Positions 46,565 through 57,700 of a DNA stretch of 64,000 bases are shown here, one piece after another. The stretch comes from Orbicella franksi. Taxonomy: Eukaryota. The DNA lies in contig OZ116699.1 in NCBI GenBank assembly GCA_964199315.1, positions 37,386,001 through 37,450,000 on the forward strand, written 5' to 3'. Each line of letters opens with the position of its first letter. Position 1 is the stretch's first letter. The translations under genes and the position numbers were made by a program. The notes under the pieces were generated by a model that searched no databases, had not been told where the DNA came from, and worked only from the letters and a program-made list of their open reading frames with translations.

Positions 46565-49500
46565 TTACTCCCCAAGTCCTTCAGGACCGAGAGCTAAATA
46601 TCCTCCATCGACCGCCAATTCTGCACCAGTTATTGCTGAAGCATCTTTGCTGCACAAGAAGGCAATGGTTGCTGCTACCTCTGCAGGCTCACAGAACCGA
46701 CGGTTCATCTGTCGCTTGGCAACGGCTGGCTCAATGTTCTTCCTCTCACCGAAAACTGATTCTGCCTGCAAAGACATTTTTCAAGATTATTTCCGGAATG
46801 CAAATCAGAAATTAAACATCTCAAATACTGGAAACTTAGGGCCATGAGAAATGGAGAATTTACCAAATGATAAAAGCCCGGGATAAGCCAAAACTCACAG
46901 AGACACCGAGGTCCTCGTTTCAAAATCCGAGAAACACACGAAAACGAAACTTCGCGACTCATCAGGATTGCGAGATCATATCAAAAGTCCCCGAGACCCA
47001 CGATTTCAAAGCATGATTCAAAACTGTGGATAAGACCCTGGGGACGAGGTTGATGTTGCTCAGGGAAAATAGGGAAGAAGAATGGCCCTGGGAACAAAAG
47101 TGTTGTCGACTTGCAGCCCGGATGAAGGCTGCTTTGGAAAATGATTAACCATTTGTCGCGAGAGCCCTTTGACGATGAGTCTTCCATTCCGTGGTTCAAA
47201 GTCTCTCCACGTGTGACTCCACAACAAGAAATACATTAAGTAAAAACTGCACGATTGTGTCAGTTAAGTATAAATAGGGCCGGTTAACTTACTTAATAGT
47301 TTATTTTGATAAATGTCCTTACAAAAAACATTACATTCCCCGACGAAAGGGAATTAACGAACAAGGAACAAACTAGGAAAGAAAGAACCAACCAACTAAG
47401 GAACGAAAGAACGAATAAAGGAACGACTGAATGACTTGATGGCAGACCTCGGTCACAGTTTAACAAAATTACAAGCAATAAATGAAGTATTACATGTTCA
47501 GTCCAGATATATCCGGGACAAATAGAGTTTACTCTGATTCCATGAGCGGACAAATCCAGGGCCATACACTTGGTCATTGTTGTTACAGCGGCTTTGCTTG
47601 CCTGATATGTCCAGCCGGAATGGTAAGGCATAACATGGTGGGCCTGGACACTACTTATGTTCACCACAGCACAGTCCCAGGCGTCTGCTATGGAATCAAA
47701 ACAAACAATAAAATTTACAGTAAAGAACTTCATGAATGTTGAACAGCTTGACGCTTTGAAAAGCGACACAGACGCTTGTATGTTGCGAGCCAACAATTAA
47801 CCAAACTACAATGAATGTATCTCACTATCTGAATGTCGCAGCTTTTGAACGCATCGCCCGGAGCACGTTTCGACCCATTTTTTTTTTTTTTTTTACGAAT
47901 TTGGCTACAACTCTGCATACTTTTCTTCCAATTTCTTCACCTACTTATATTTGTTCTTTTATACATCGCATGCATTTCTTGAAAAGATATGTCAAGGAAG
48001 ACGCCAGAAAAATTAAGCTCTTCCGTACGTGTAGAAATACAGCTAGCCTCAAATTTTTAGTGAGCTGAAAAAGGGCACTCTGCTCTTGCTTTTGTTACAT
48101 CTTTCTTTTGATAATGGCATTTCTGAGATGAAAAATAGTAACGGTTTTTCATGATTGAAAAACGTTACTCTGGTTTAAAAATGTAAAAATGTTAGTAAAA
48201 ATTCTTTTTGTAAAAGTCCCAACGTTTCGGCTAAAACTTCAGCCTTCATCAGGGGAAAGTGACAAGGAATTTGTTGAAAAGGTACGTTCTTATACTATGC
48301 AAATCGGCAAATCGGCAAATCGGCAAATCGGAGCTAATTATGTTCTGTCCCATAGGGCTAAATTTAAAAATTCGTGCGGCAAGTGCATACCATCATCACG
48401 GTTCAGCGGATTCCTACAAGTGTTAATTTCCCATGCTTCCAAAATACGTTTGTTGCGCCAATTTGTGCTTGTACGTAAGATCTTTGAAGATACCCAGGAG
48501 ATGGTGTGGCCAGAGTGTAAACAATGTTCCGCTAAAGCTGACTTGTGCGAGTATTTGTTTACAACCGCTTTTTGATGTTCTTTGAGCCAGGTGGAAAATT
48601 TTCGTTTCGTTCCTCCGATGTAGCTTTTGTCACAACCTTGACAGGGAATTGAATAAATTGCGCCACGAGTCTGATCTTTCGGGACTGGGTCTTTTGGTTT
48701 GGGAAATAAATTGCCGATGGTATGGTGTGGTTTTAAAGCAACTTTGATATTGTAATTGCTTAGGATTCGCTTAATCGGTTCCGTAGTGCCCTTGACATAC
48801 GGTAAAATGCAGAAACCTTTTTTGTCATCCGGTGGAGTAGCAGGCGTTTGTTAAGAAGGCCGTTCCGGTTTACTTGCATGAATAACAAAGCGTTTCGGGT
48901 AGCCATTCGCCCTGAGTGCCGCGATCACATGTTTCATTTCCTTTGATTGTTGGTCAACAGAAGACGGGATAGCTCTTTTGTTGTTGTTGTTGTTGTTTTT
49001 TCACAATTGCTATTAACATTCTCTTTTACTGTAAATCCCGGCTTTCGTTTTTCCATAACTAGACTTGGCCGCCGGCATCTCTTACATTACCACCAATCCG
49101 ATGACATTATTTCATGACCTGACTGTGTGGCAAACTGTAACATGAAATGCAATACAAGAAAGCTGCAAAGAGTGAGAATGATCAAAATTTCAGAAGACTG
49201 AAACGGAATTCGAAAAGAATGACTTGATTTGCGCAAGTGACGCGTCAAAAACAGAGATGGAGCAAAAAAATCGCGGGAGGGGGGTGGGGGAACTTATAAA
49301 ACGCCGGGAGTATCCCTTGATTACCGACTATACCTTTAGTCATATATGGATAACAGGCTTGCACCATGTTGGAATAGCCAATCACATTTATTCCCAAAAC
49401 TCTATCCCAGTCCTCTTTTGTAGAATCCAGACCTGTGAAGAGAATACCATAACAAATTGGTTAGAACTGTCAGAACTAGTGTTCGGAACATGAATAAGTC

Positions 49501-50787
49501 TGCGAATATATCCCAATCGATATGTTAGCTAAGTGATATGTGTTAACTAATATGCTAAAGTTTTATTAATTATATTACATCACCCATTACAGCCAACCGT
49601 AGAATAGGATGGAATTTTTGTACAGCGGCCACTCCCACTTTCTTTTGCTGACCCGCCCACATTCCTTCGTGTTGTGGTGAGTTGACTGTTAGCAAATTAG
49701 AATGTGAACAGGCTCCGGCTGGAAGGGTCTGACCGCAGCTGGAAGGGCCAAAAAGGAACTGACTGAGAGTGAAGCGGCCGAGGGGGGATGACCTCTTTCC
49801 CCTTCTCTCCCTTCTCTCCTCATTCTTCCCGCACTCCCTTCCAGTTCGCCCCATCCTCGACTAAAGAGCCTGTTCAGAGGCTATCAGCGAATTGAAGCAA
49901 TGGGTCGAGATACGAATAGACCTTATCACGGTTTTCGACGCCATCTTGACGGGTAGGCAAAGCGGTCGGAAATTACAATAGAGGTAAAGAAACTTGACCT
50001 TGCCTCACTTCGCTTACAGTCAACTCACGGGTAGTCTCGTCTCACTACGAAAGAAAGTGGGAGTGGACGCTGTACAGAAATTCGAGCCGTTGATTCTAGC
50101 CTGAAATGTCAGTCATCTCCCGCCCTCATCGAGATTTCTCCTCTCGCCCGGAGATAAGGCTGATAGCGGGAGATCCTGACATTTCAGCCTAGTGATTTCG
50201 TTAGTGTTGACATCATTGCGTGACCTAACGTGACGTTTTGATACATTCTTGAAAACACTTCCCGGCTGCCTGGTATCTAGACACAAAATACGTGGCACAA
50301 TTGCACTGAGGAAATATGAAATAATTGACTATTGTTGAAAATGGGCCAGTTTAGTTATGCAAATCTTCAGTAACAAGGCAACTTTTTATCAATGAAAAAG
50401 TTTCTTCAGTCGACTGACGACTGGGTTGCTGCTTTCTATCCCAAACTTACCCTTACGAGGCGCGCCAATGCCTGCGTTGTTCACCAGAAAATGAATTTTT
50501 CCTTCATGTTCTTCAGCAACTTTCTTCACTCCTTCTACGCACTGCTCTTTATCTGCTACATCCACTTTATAAAACTTGACATCGTATCCAGCGGCCGTAA
50601 GTTCACGCTGTAGATGTTCACCAGCAGGTTCGTTGATATCAAACGCGGCTACTGAAGCTCCATCGTTGACAAATCGGTTCACAGTGGCTCTCCCGATCCC
50701 CGAAGCTCCACCAGTTATGATACACACCTTATTAGCAAATCGACCTTTTGTGTGCTGCGAGTCAAGCGGAGGGTTTGATTGCGCCAT
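46565..50787 (-). CDS. Classical short-chain dehydrogenase/reductase, paralogue A, 276 aa
   Basis: Exons 50787-50451, 49432-49334, 47687-47494, 46765-46565 (831 nt, GT-AG). Motifs: TGGASGIG, an acidic residue at the end of beta2 (AAFD, NAD(H) type), NNAG, NISS, YQASK (YxxxK), GIRVNSICPG, VDGG. Confidence 0.92.
48190..48985 (-). mobile_element. 5'-truncated Penelope-like fragment (GIY-YIG end) in SDR-A intron 2
   Basis: Minus-strand translation PYVKGTTEPIKRIL...KPKDPVPKDQTRGAIYSIPCQGCDKSYIGGTKR...KEHQKA...SALAEH...RILEAWEI...LNRDDG, followed by a PLE-like 3' end ctgatgaaggctgaagttttagccgaaacgttgg. Confidence 0.85.
50097..50191. repeat. 95-bp miniature inverted-repeat element
   Basis: CTAGCCTGAAATGTCAG ... 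CTGACATTTCAGCCTAG. Confidence 0.55.
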
Positions 50788-52569
50788 CTCTGACTGAGTG
50801 CACTACAACTTTGGTTTATGTAACGCGAGTGACACTCCTAATATGGCGTAACGCGTGACTTGAAGTGCGAGCTTTCCATTCGACCTAAATTCCGGTGTGA
50901 ATTTCTGGAAATTTTCCGGTTGACTGCACCAGAGTGGAAACGATAAGCCGCACTTTTGTTCGCTTCGAATTTTTCGATGGCTTCAAGGTTTAAATCGCAA
51001 ATATAGAAGCAAACAGAACACTGATAAGTCGACATTGTGACTTTTTTTGACCACGACATACAAATAACAACGGCAGCGAAAACGTCGCAAAACAAAGGGT
51101 TTAAAGTAGTACAATGGCTTTGCACGCGTTATAAATCTTTGCACATTTCGTAGCCAGTCTATGCATATTTTTTCATTGGAATTAAACTCTTTCTTGACGA
51201 ATTCAGCTGTGGCTATTATTTATCGACATACAAGTGGCAAGATTCTAAAGCTGAAATATTGATCTATTTTTGAATACGCGTCGCCGTCAGTCCTTGGGTG
51301 AGATGTTCCAACTCGCTAGGATCGCGGCCAAAAGACCTAGCGCTGAAAGGAAAATTACAAATTTACATAATTTCAGAAAAATAGGACAACCTCCTGAGGT
51401 ACACCCAAATTTTCGAAAACATTTCATCCCGGAATATCCGGAATTTTGGGTTGAATGGTTCGCTTTTCGGAAATTCAACAAATTCCAGATTTTCTGCAAC
51501 TTTCCCCAGGAAATGTCCGTACCATTCAATCCCGTTTCGAAAATTTCGGAATTTTTGGTCGAATGGAAAGCGCCCTGTAGTCTTATCTATGTCGCGCATC
51601 GCAGAGCAGAAACGCAGAAGAGCTCACCCCGGCGCGGTCCTCCACATGGAATATAGTGTGTGAACAAGCTTCTCCACTTGAGAATTAGACTGGGGAGAGG
51701 GAAAGAGGAAAACGACCCCATATCGCCATAAGACCTGAGCTGGAGCTATAGAGGTATCCGTGGATAGCCTTGCATACGGCTGGCGCGACTAAATTGAATT
51801 GACCAATCAGGATTCAGCAGGCGAGAAAAACTAACAGGAAAGGCATTGAAATCGGGCAACTTTTCTCGCTGGAGATGGCTTTAAATATTCACGAAAAGTG
51901 TCACTGACTCCAGGCGCGATTACCGCAAGTTCAGAATTAAAGAATTAAGGACGTCGAAGCCCTGATCAAGAGCACTGGACCTCAAGTTGCTTTCCACTAA
52001 TTGATCTTATTTTAAATTTTATTGCGGCACAGTTTACAAGCACGGGTGACTTTGTTGGCCATCGGCACGACTTACGAACGACCTTTACATGAGAACAGCC
52101 AGATCGTAGGCCAGTACGTCATCATTAGAAACAAATAATTAACGTGTAGCCACTCATAGTTCAATCCGGGAGTGGGGGACTTCCATGTGCGAGGGGATGC
52201 TAGTTGGAAAATTTGAATTTAAAGGAGCCCATCTGGTATGGCTACAGTTTTATTTGGTTCCTAAAAGGTACGACTTTAAGAAACACATGACAACGCTTTT
52301 TATTACTTTTTCGAGTGAAATCAAAAAGATATCTTGACGGCTTAAAATAGTGGCGTTTGACCATGGAGCCTAAGTGAGATTGAAATCCGTGATTTCCACC
52401 CCTAAGCGAGTCGACAAGCATCCCCACCTTTTCACATGGGAGTCTCCCCCGCCCCAAGAATTTAAATCTTGTTTCTAATCCACCAAAGACCTGTACACCC
52501 CTAATCTCTTATTTTTCAGTCCGTTTCGAAGGATTCCCGCGGCCATTTAGTTTTACGTGAATTCGACGG

Positions 52570-55500
52570 CTACTCTCCAAGTCCTTCAGGGCCTAGAGCT
52601 AAATATCCTCCATCGACCGCCAAATCTGCACCAGTTATAGCTGAAGCATCTTTGCTGCACAGGAAGGCAATGGTTGCTGCTACCTCTGCAGGCTCACAGA
52701 ACCGCCGGTTCATCTGTAGCTTGGCAACGGTTGGCTCAATGTTCTTCCTCTCACCCACAATTGATTCTGCCTGCAAAGACATTTTTCAAGATTATTATAA
52801 TGCAGATCAGAAATTAAACATCTCAAATACTGGAGAGTTGGCTATGCTACTCATAGTTAAGTAATATATCAAACACGAAGACAGTGTTTGACCACATTTC
52901 CACCCCGCGGACAGAGTTGAAAATACTTCGCGGAGTGGTGGAGTGTTTTGGACGAATTTCGAAGTGTTTGGAAATGTGGGTAAACACTGTTATGAGAGTT
53001 TGACATATGCTGCGGCGAAATATTTTATGGTTTTCGCATTTCCTTTCTAGCTTTTAGAAATTTCTTTGTATTGTTATTTTGCGTGCTTTGTGGTCAGTCC
53101 TATAAGGCTGTACTTACCCACCTACGACGTTTGGAACAAAGAAAGCTATTATCCCATTGCTTTCTCTGAGAGACGGGAGGGAAGGGCGGACGAAAGAACG
53201 AATAAACGAACGAGAAAGGAAGGAAGGAATGAACGAACGAACGAGAGTGAGCGAATGAGTGAGTGATTGAGTGATTGGGTGATTGAGTGACTAATAATGA
53301 TAGCAATAGTATACAAAGAGTTGGAAGACTGCCACAGTTTAACATAAAGACAAGTAACACGTGAAGCGTCACCATTGCAGTCCAGGTATATCCGGGAGAA
53401 ATAGAGTTTACTCTGATTCCATGAGGGGATAAATCCAGAGCCATCCTCCTGCTCATTGCTGTTACAGCACCTTTACTTGTCGCGTATGTCCAGCCCATAT
53501 CGACAGCTTGAGCACGGTGGGACTGGACACTACTAATGTTCACCACAGCACAGTCCCAGGCCTCTGCTATAGAATCAAATCAAAGAGTTATTTGAGCAAA
53601 CCTGTGAATTCCCCAGTGAATGATGATTGAAATGAGCTAACCTTTACGTAATAAGAATTTACCTTTTCAATAAAAAAACACACTCATGCTTTAAAGCGGA
53701 AATTTTACAATAAGCAATAGCCTAAACCTCAAAACTGAAAATGATGATTCTGACGGTAAAATTGTATAAAGACCTTTTCTCCGAACTTCATGACCACAGC
53801 AGAAAGGTCATTTGAAAGCTGTTCACCAACGCTGTAACACATCGTTGACAGGTTTTTGCCAACCTTTTCGTGACCTTTTCCTAATCTCCTTCGCAACATC
53901 TGCGTCGCCGTTGCGTGACTTAGGCCAGAGCAACTGAGATTAACACCTTCCCCGACCAACAAATGAACCGGCAATTTGAACACACATGGAAAAACAAGCT
54001 TCCGTCTACGTTTCCCGTGATCAACAGTTCTAACAACAATTTAATTGTTGCAACTGGCGAAATAACACGTTGACTATTGAATAATTTGACGCTTTGCACA
54101 GCGTCGAATTCACAGACGCTTGTATGGCTGTAAGACAACCGCATATAGTTGAACCTCTCCATAACAACCATCTTAGGGACGTTGCTGCAGAGGGGTGGCC
54201 GTTATGGGGAGGTAGGGGTGTAATATGATACCTTTCTTCGGACTGTACAACATTTCATTTGTAAAAGTTCGTATTGTAGCCTATATATTCGACGTAACAC
54301 AATGGAAAATAGACCAATTATATAAAAACCAAACCAAAGCAAAGAACAAAGACGCGCGCCACGTGGTGAAGTTTCGTCACTTTTTTTTGATAAAAAATGG
54401 GGTCTTGCACACTACGTTCGTCAGTTGTTGAGTAATTGACCGTTGTCAAGAGGTAATATTTGGCTTTTGGGATTCGCTTTAGGGGCTGCTTCCGTAATAG
54501 AGAGGTTGTTGTTTTCGAGAGGTCAAAATAAGAGAGAATGCATGGACCGTCTGCCGGAACGAAAAAAAGTGCCGGGCCGAGGTAGAGAGGTGGCTGTTGT
54601 AGAAAGGTGGCCGAACAGTGGATGTACATATCTAAATGTTGCTTTTTCTAACGCATCGTCCGAAGCACATTTCGACTCGTGTTGTTGCGAGTTTGGCCAC
54701 AAATGCTGCATGCTTTTTTCCAATTACTTGACCTATAATTAATATTTGATCTTTTATACATTGCACACATTTCCTCAAACGATATATCAAGGATGACTTC
54801 CAGGTACCATTTGCCGACAAGCTAAGGTCTTCCGTGTAATAAATAAAACTAGCCTCATGCATAATTCCGCCAGAGAAAAAAGTATCCTGGTGTTGCTTTT
54901 TGTTTTCAAAATGACATTAACGAGAAGAAAAGCAGTCAATTTTTTTTCATTAATGTCAATTACAGGCAACTCAGAGTTTTCTCTTTTACAGCAAATCCAG
55001 TTTCGTTTTCTCATATCTAGACTTTGCCGCCGGCATCTCTCACATTGCAACTTGCCAAAGACGTTTTCGACGTCAAAATCTTTAAAGTTCAGTATACCAG
55101 AAAGCCTAAAGGAAGCCAGTCTCCATTATTGTATGAGGTGGCTGTGTGGCAAACTGGAACCTTTACAGAATAGCAGAAATGAAATAAGAGAAAGCTGCAA
55201 AGAGTTAACCTGCGTCGAGGGCGCTACCTACCGCGGGTTATTTACGAGTAAATTTCCGTCTGCGAAGCAGGCTACAAAAAGTAAGAATTATCAAACTTTG
55301 AGGATATTGAAACGGAAATTCATTTGCAAGCTAAAAAAAGTAGAGAGAAAAGTGACGGGAACTTATACAAAGCGTCTAGGGTCACGTGATTACCGACTAT
55401 ACCTTCAGTCATAAATGGAAAACAGGCTTGCACCATGTTGGAATAGCCAATGACATTTATTCCCAAAATTCTCTCCCAGTCCTCTTTTGAAGAATCCAGA

Positions 55501-56208
55501 CCTGTGAAGAGAATACCATAACAAATTTCAGATCTCAGTGTTAGGATCACAAATACAACATGGTTATGACTATGCTAGCTGAGTAATATATGTAAAGGTT
55601 TTATGGCTTCAGAGGTTTCATATATTACCAAGCTAGCATCCAATTAGCATATATTGACCATTTGAAGTAAAAAAAAAAGGAAAAAAAAGAAACTTATAAA
55701 AGTCGTGCAACGAAACACTACCCTCCAATTCAATCCCTCACAAGTTCAGTTGTCTGACATTGACGAGACTCTCCCCTGTCAGGTAATGCGATCGAGTGTG
55801 ACTTTCACCGCACAGAATTACGCATCACGCATAATGCTAATAACTCATTGTTTACCCCCATCTCTAAGTCCATTTGCTTGTAAACTTTATAACGCTGAGT
55901 GTTTTAATGTAGACGGAATTTTAGTTCTTTTCTTTGATTCTTTGTAGGCGAGAGCATCCCACCCTCTCTCCCGGGTTTTGAGGTGCTACTAGTTTCGTAG
56001 CTTTGCAATAAATGATAAAGATGAGTTCGTCTCCTAATTGCGTGACTTCACGCGACGATTTAAAAATGGTAAACAGTTTGCTGCTTCGCTTCGCTGCGCA
56101 GCAATATTAAACGAGTAGCAAAACAACATAGGTATTGAGAGTGAAGAATGATCATCGCAGTTAATTTTCCAATTTAAGCAATTGGAAAGAAGAAGCCTGA
56201 AAAAATCA

Positions 56209-56242
<34 letters not shown>

Positions 56243-57182
56243 GATACCGGTGCGATGCTCTACCAACTGAGCTATGAAGCCACACATTGGGAGCGAGGTC
56301 AATTAATTGAGTTCATATCTTCCCGTGAGGAGTGAAATGATGTGAAGTTTATATGAAATAATTCATATATGAACTGCGGTTGTAGATGAGAGTGAAGAAT
56401 GATCATTCTACAACCGCAGTTCATATATGAATTATTTCATATAAACTTCACATCATTTCACTCCTCACGGGAAGATATGAACTCAATTAATTGACCTCGC
56501 TCCCAATGTGTGGCTTCATAGCTCAGTTGGTAGAGCATCGCACCGGCATCGCGGAGGTCACGGGTTCGAATCCCGTTGAAACCCTGATTTTTTCAGGCTT
56601 CTTCTTTCCAATTGCTTAAATTGGAAAATTAACTGCGATGATCATTCTTCACTCTCATCTACAACCGCAGTTCATATATGAATTATTTCATATAAACTTC
56701 ACATCAACATAGGTATTGTGGTAATTGTGGAAAATTGGCCAGTTTAAAATCAAGCAAATGTTCAGTTAAGTAAAAATGCAATTTTATGTCAATGCAAAAT
56801 TTTCGTCAGTTGACTCGGCAGGCTTTCTGTCTGTCGCAAACTTACCACTACGAGTCGGAGCAACGCCTGCGTTGTTCACCAGAAAATGAATTTTTCCTTC
56901 GTATTGTTCCGCGACTTTCTTCACTCCTTCTACACACTGCTCTTTATCTGCTACATTCACTTTATAAAACTTGGCATCGTATCCAGCGGCCGTAAGTTCA
57001 TCCTGCAAATGTTTACCAGCAGGTTCGTTGACATCAAACGCGGCTACTGAAGCTCCATCGTTGGCAAATCGGTTCACAGTGGCTCTCCCGATCCCCGATG
57101 CTCCACCAGTTATGATACACACCTTATTAGCAAATCGACCTTTTGTGTGCTGCGAATCAAGGGGAGGGTTTGATTGCGCCAT
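52570..57182 (-). CDS. Classical short-chain dehydrogenase/reductase, paralogue B, 276 aa
   Basis: Exons 57182-56846, 55501-55403, 53566-53373, 52770-52570. Exon sizes and phases are the same as paralogue A. Motifs TGGASGIG, NNAG, NISS, YATSK, VDGG. An in-frame upstream ATG at 57203 is possible. Confidence 0.92.
56209..56281 (-). pseudogene. tRNA-like cloverleaf (anticodon position GGT), head of the repeat unit
   Basis: 73 nt. Acceptor stem GGCTTCA/TGAAGCC, D-arm GCTC-AGTTGGTA-GAGC, T-arm ACGGG-TTCGAAT-CCCGT. The anticodon stem is imperfect and position 33 is C rather than U. Confidence 0.6.
56512..56584 (+). pseudogene. tRNA-like cloverleaf, second copy (anticodon position GGC)
   Basis: ggcttcatagctcagttggtagagcatcgcaccggcatcgcggaggtcacgggttcgaatcccgttgaaaccc. 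Intact A and B boxes; one acceptor-stem mismatch. Confidence 0.6.
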
Positions 57183-57469
57183 CACTGGCTGCGTTAAGTC
57201 CAACGTTTGATTCTCAGATCGCCCTTTCGTGTTCGCGTGACTATTAAACCGCAGCTTAAGTGAAGGTCACGCACGGCGGAACCTGTTTATATGCAGCGTG
57301 TACCTTTGCATGTACCTTACCTTGGATCATGATACCAGATTCTAGGTATCATGATCTGATTGGTTAAATCGCCCATTTTTGACAGCTTTGAGATAAAGAT
57401 TTGACAGATCTTGACAACAGCGTGTAAATTTGCATAATTTTCCGAGACCTAGGAAGATTGCGTTTAATG

Positions 57470-57700
57470 CACAGTTCACAAACGTGGAATTCGAGGCAGC
57501 CTTGAGAAATTCTTCCCACCGTTTTATTCATATCTCTGGTTTGAAATATGAGCAGAAGCTATGCCTGGAAAGACGAAACTGTGGTTCAGAAGCGCGTTGT
57601 TTTTGACATTCTACCGACTGAGGAACATGATTGTGTTTTAGTTGTAACGCCTTTGGTATGGATAATGAAAGACCCGGTTGAGGAGTTAACGCCTTTAGAG
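57470..57700 (+). pseudogene. Decayed RecQ-like helicase N-terminal fragment, probably transposon-borne
   Basis: Frameshifted EAALRNSS...ISGLKYEQKLCLE / TVVQKRVVFDILPT ... VLVVTPLVWIMKDPV resembles the RecQ Q-motif, motif I (DVFAxLPTG) and motif Ia (VVxPLxSLMxDQV). Confidence 0.5.

Larger units (their letters stand above)
56138..56704. mobile_element. Inverted dimer of a tRNA-derived repeat inserted with a 14-bp direct repeat (SDR-B intron 1)
   Basis: CAACATAGGTATTG at 56124-56137 and 56705-56718. Arms 56138-56386 and 56407-56655 are reverse complements with two mismatches seen. Confidence 0.85.

Noticed and set aside
46535-46567. Stop-codon readthrough in the SDRs (30 nt after the stop are identical in both copies)
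   Set aside because: The last exons are about 94% identical, so a 30-nt identical run is not unexpected. The stops differ (TAA and TAG), and no PTS1 or other shared extension end follows.
56209-56584. Functional tRNA-Thr(GGT) or tRNA-Ala(GGC) genes
   Set aside because: C33 instead of U33, a mismatched anticodon stem, different anticodons in otherwise identical copies, G34 anticodons atypical for eukaryotic Thr and Ala, and embedding in a TSD-flanked repeat.
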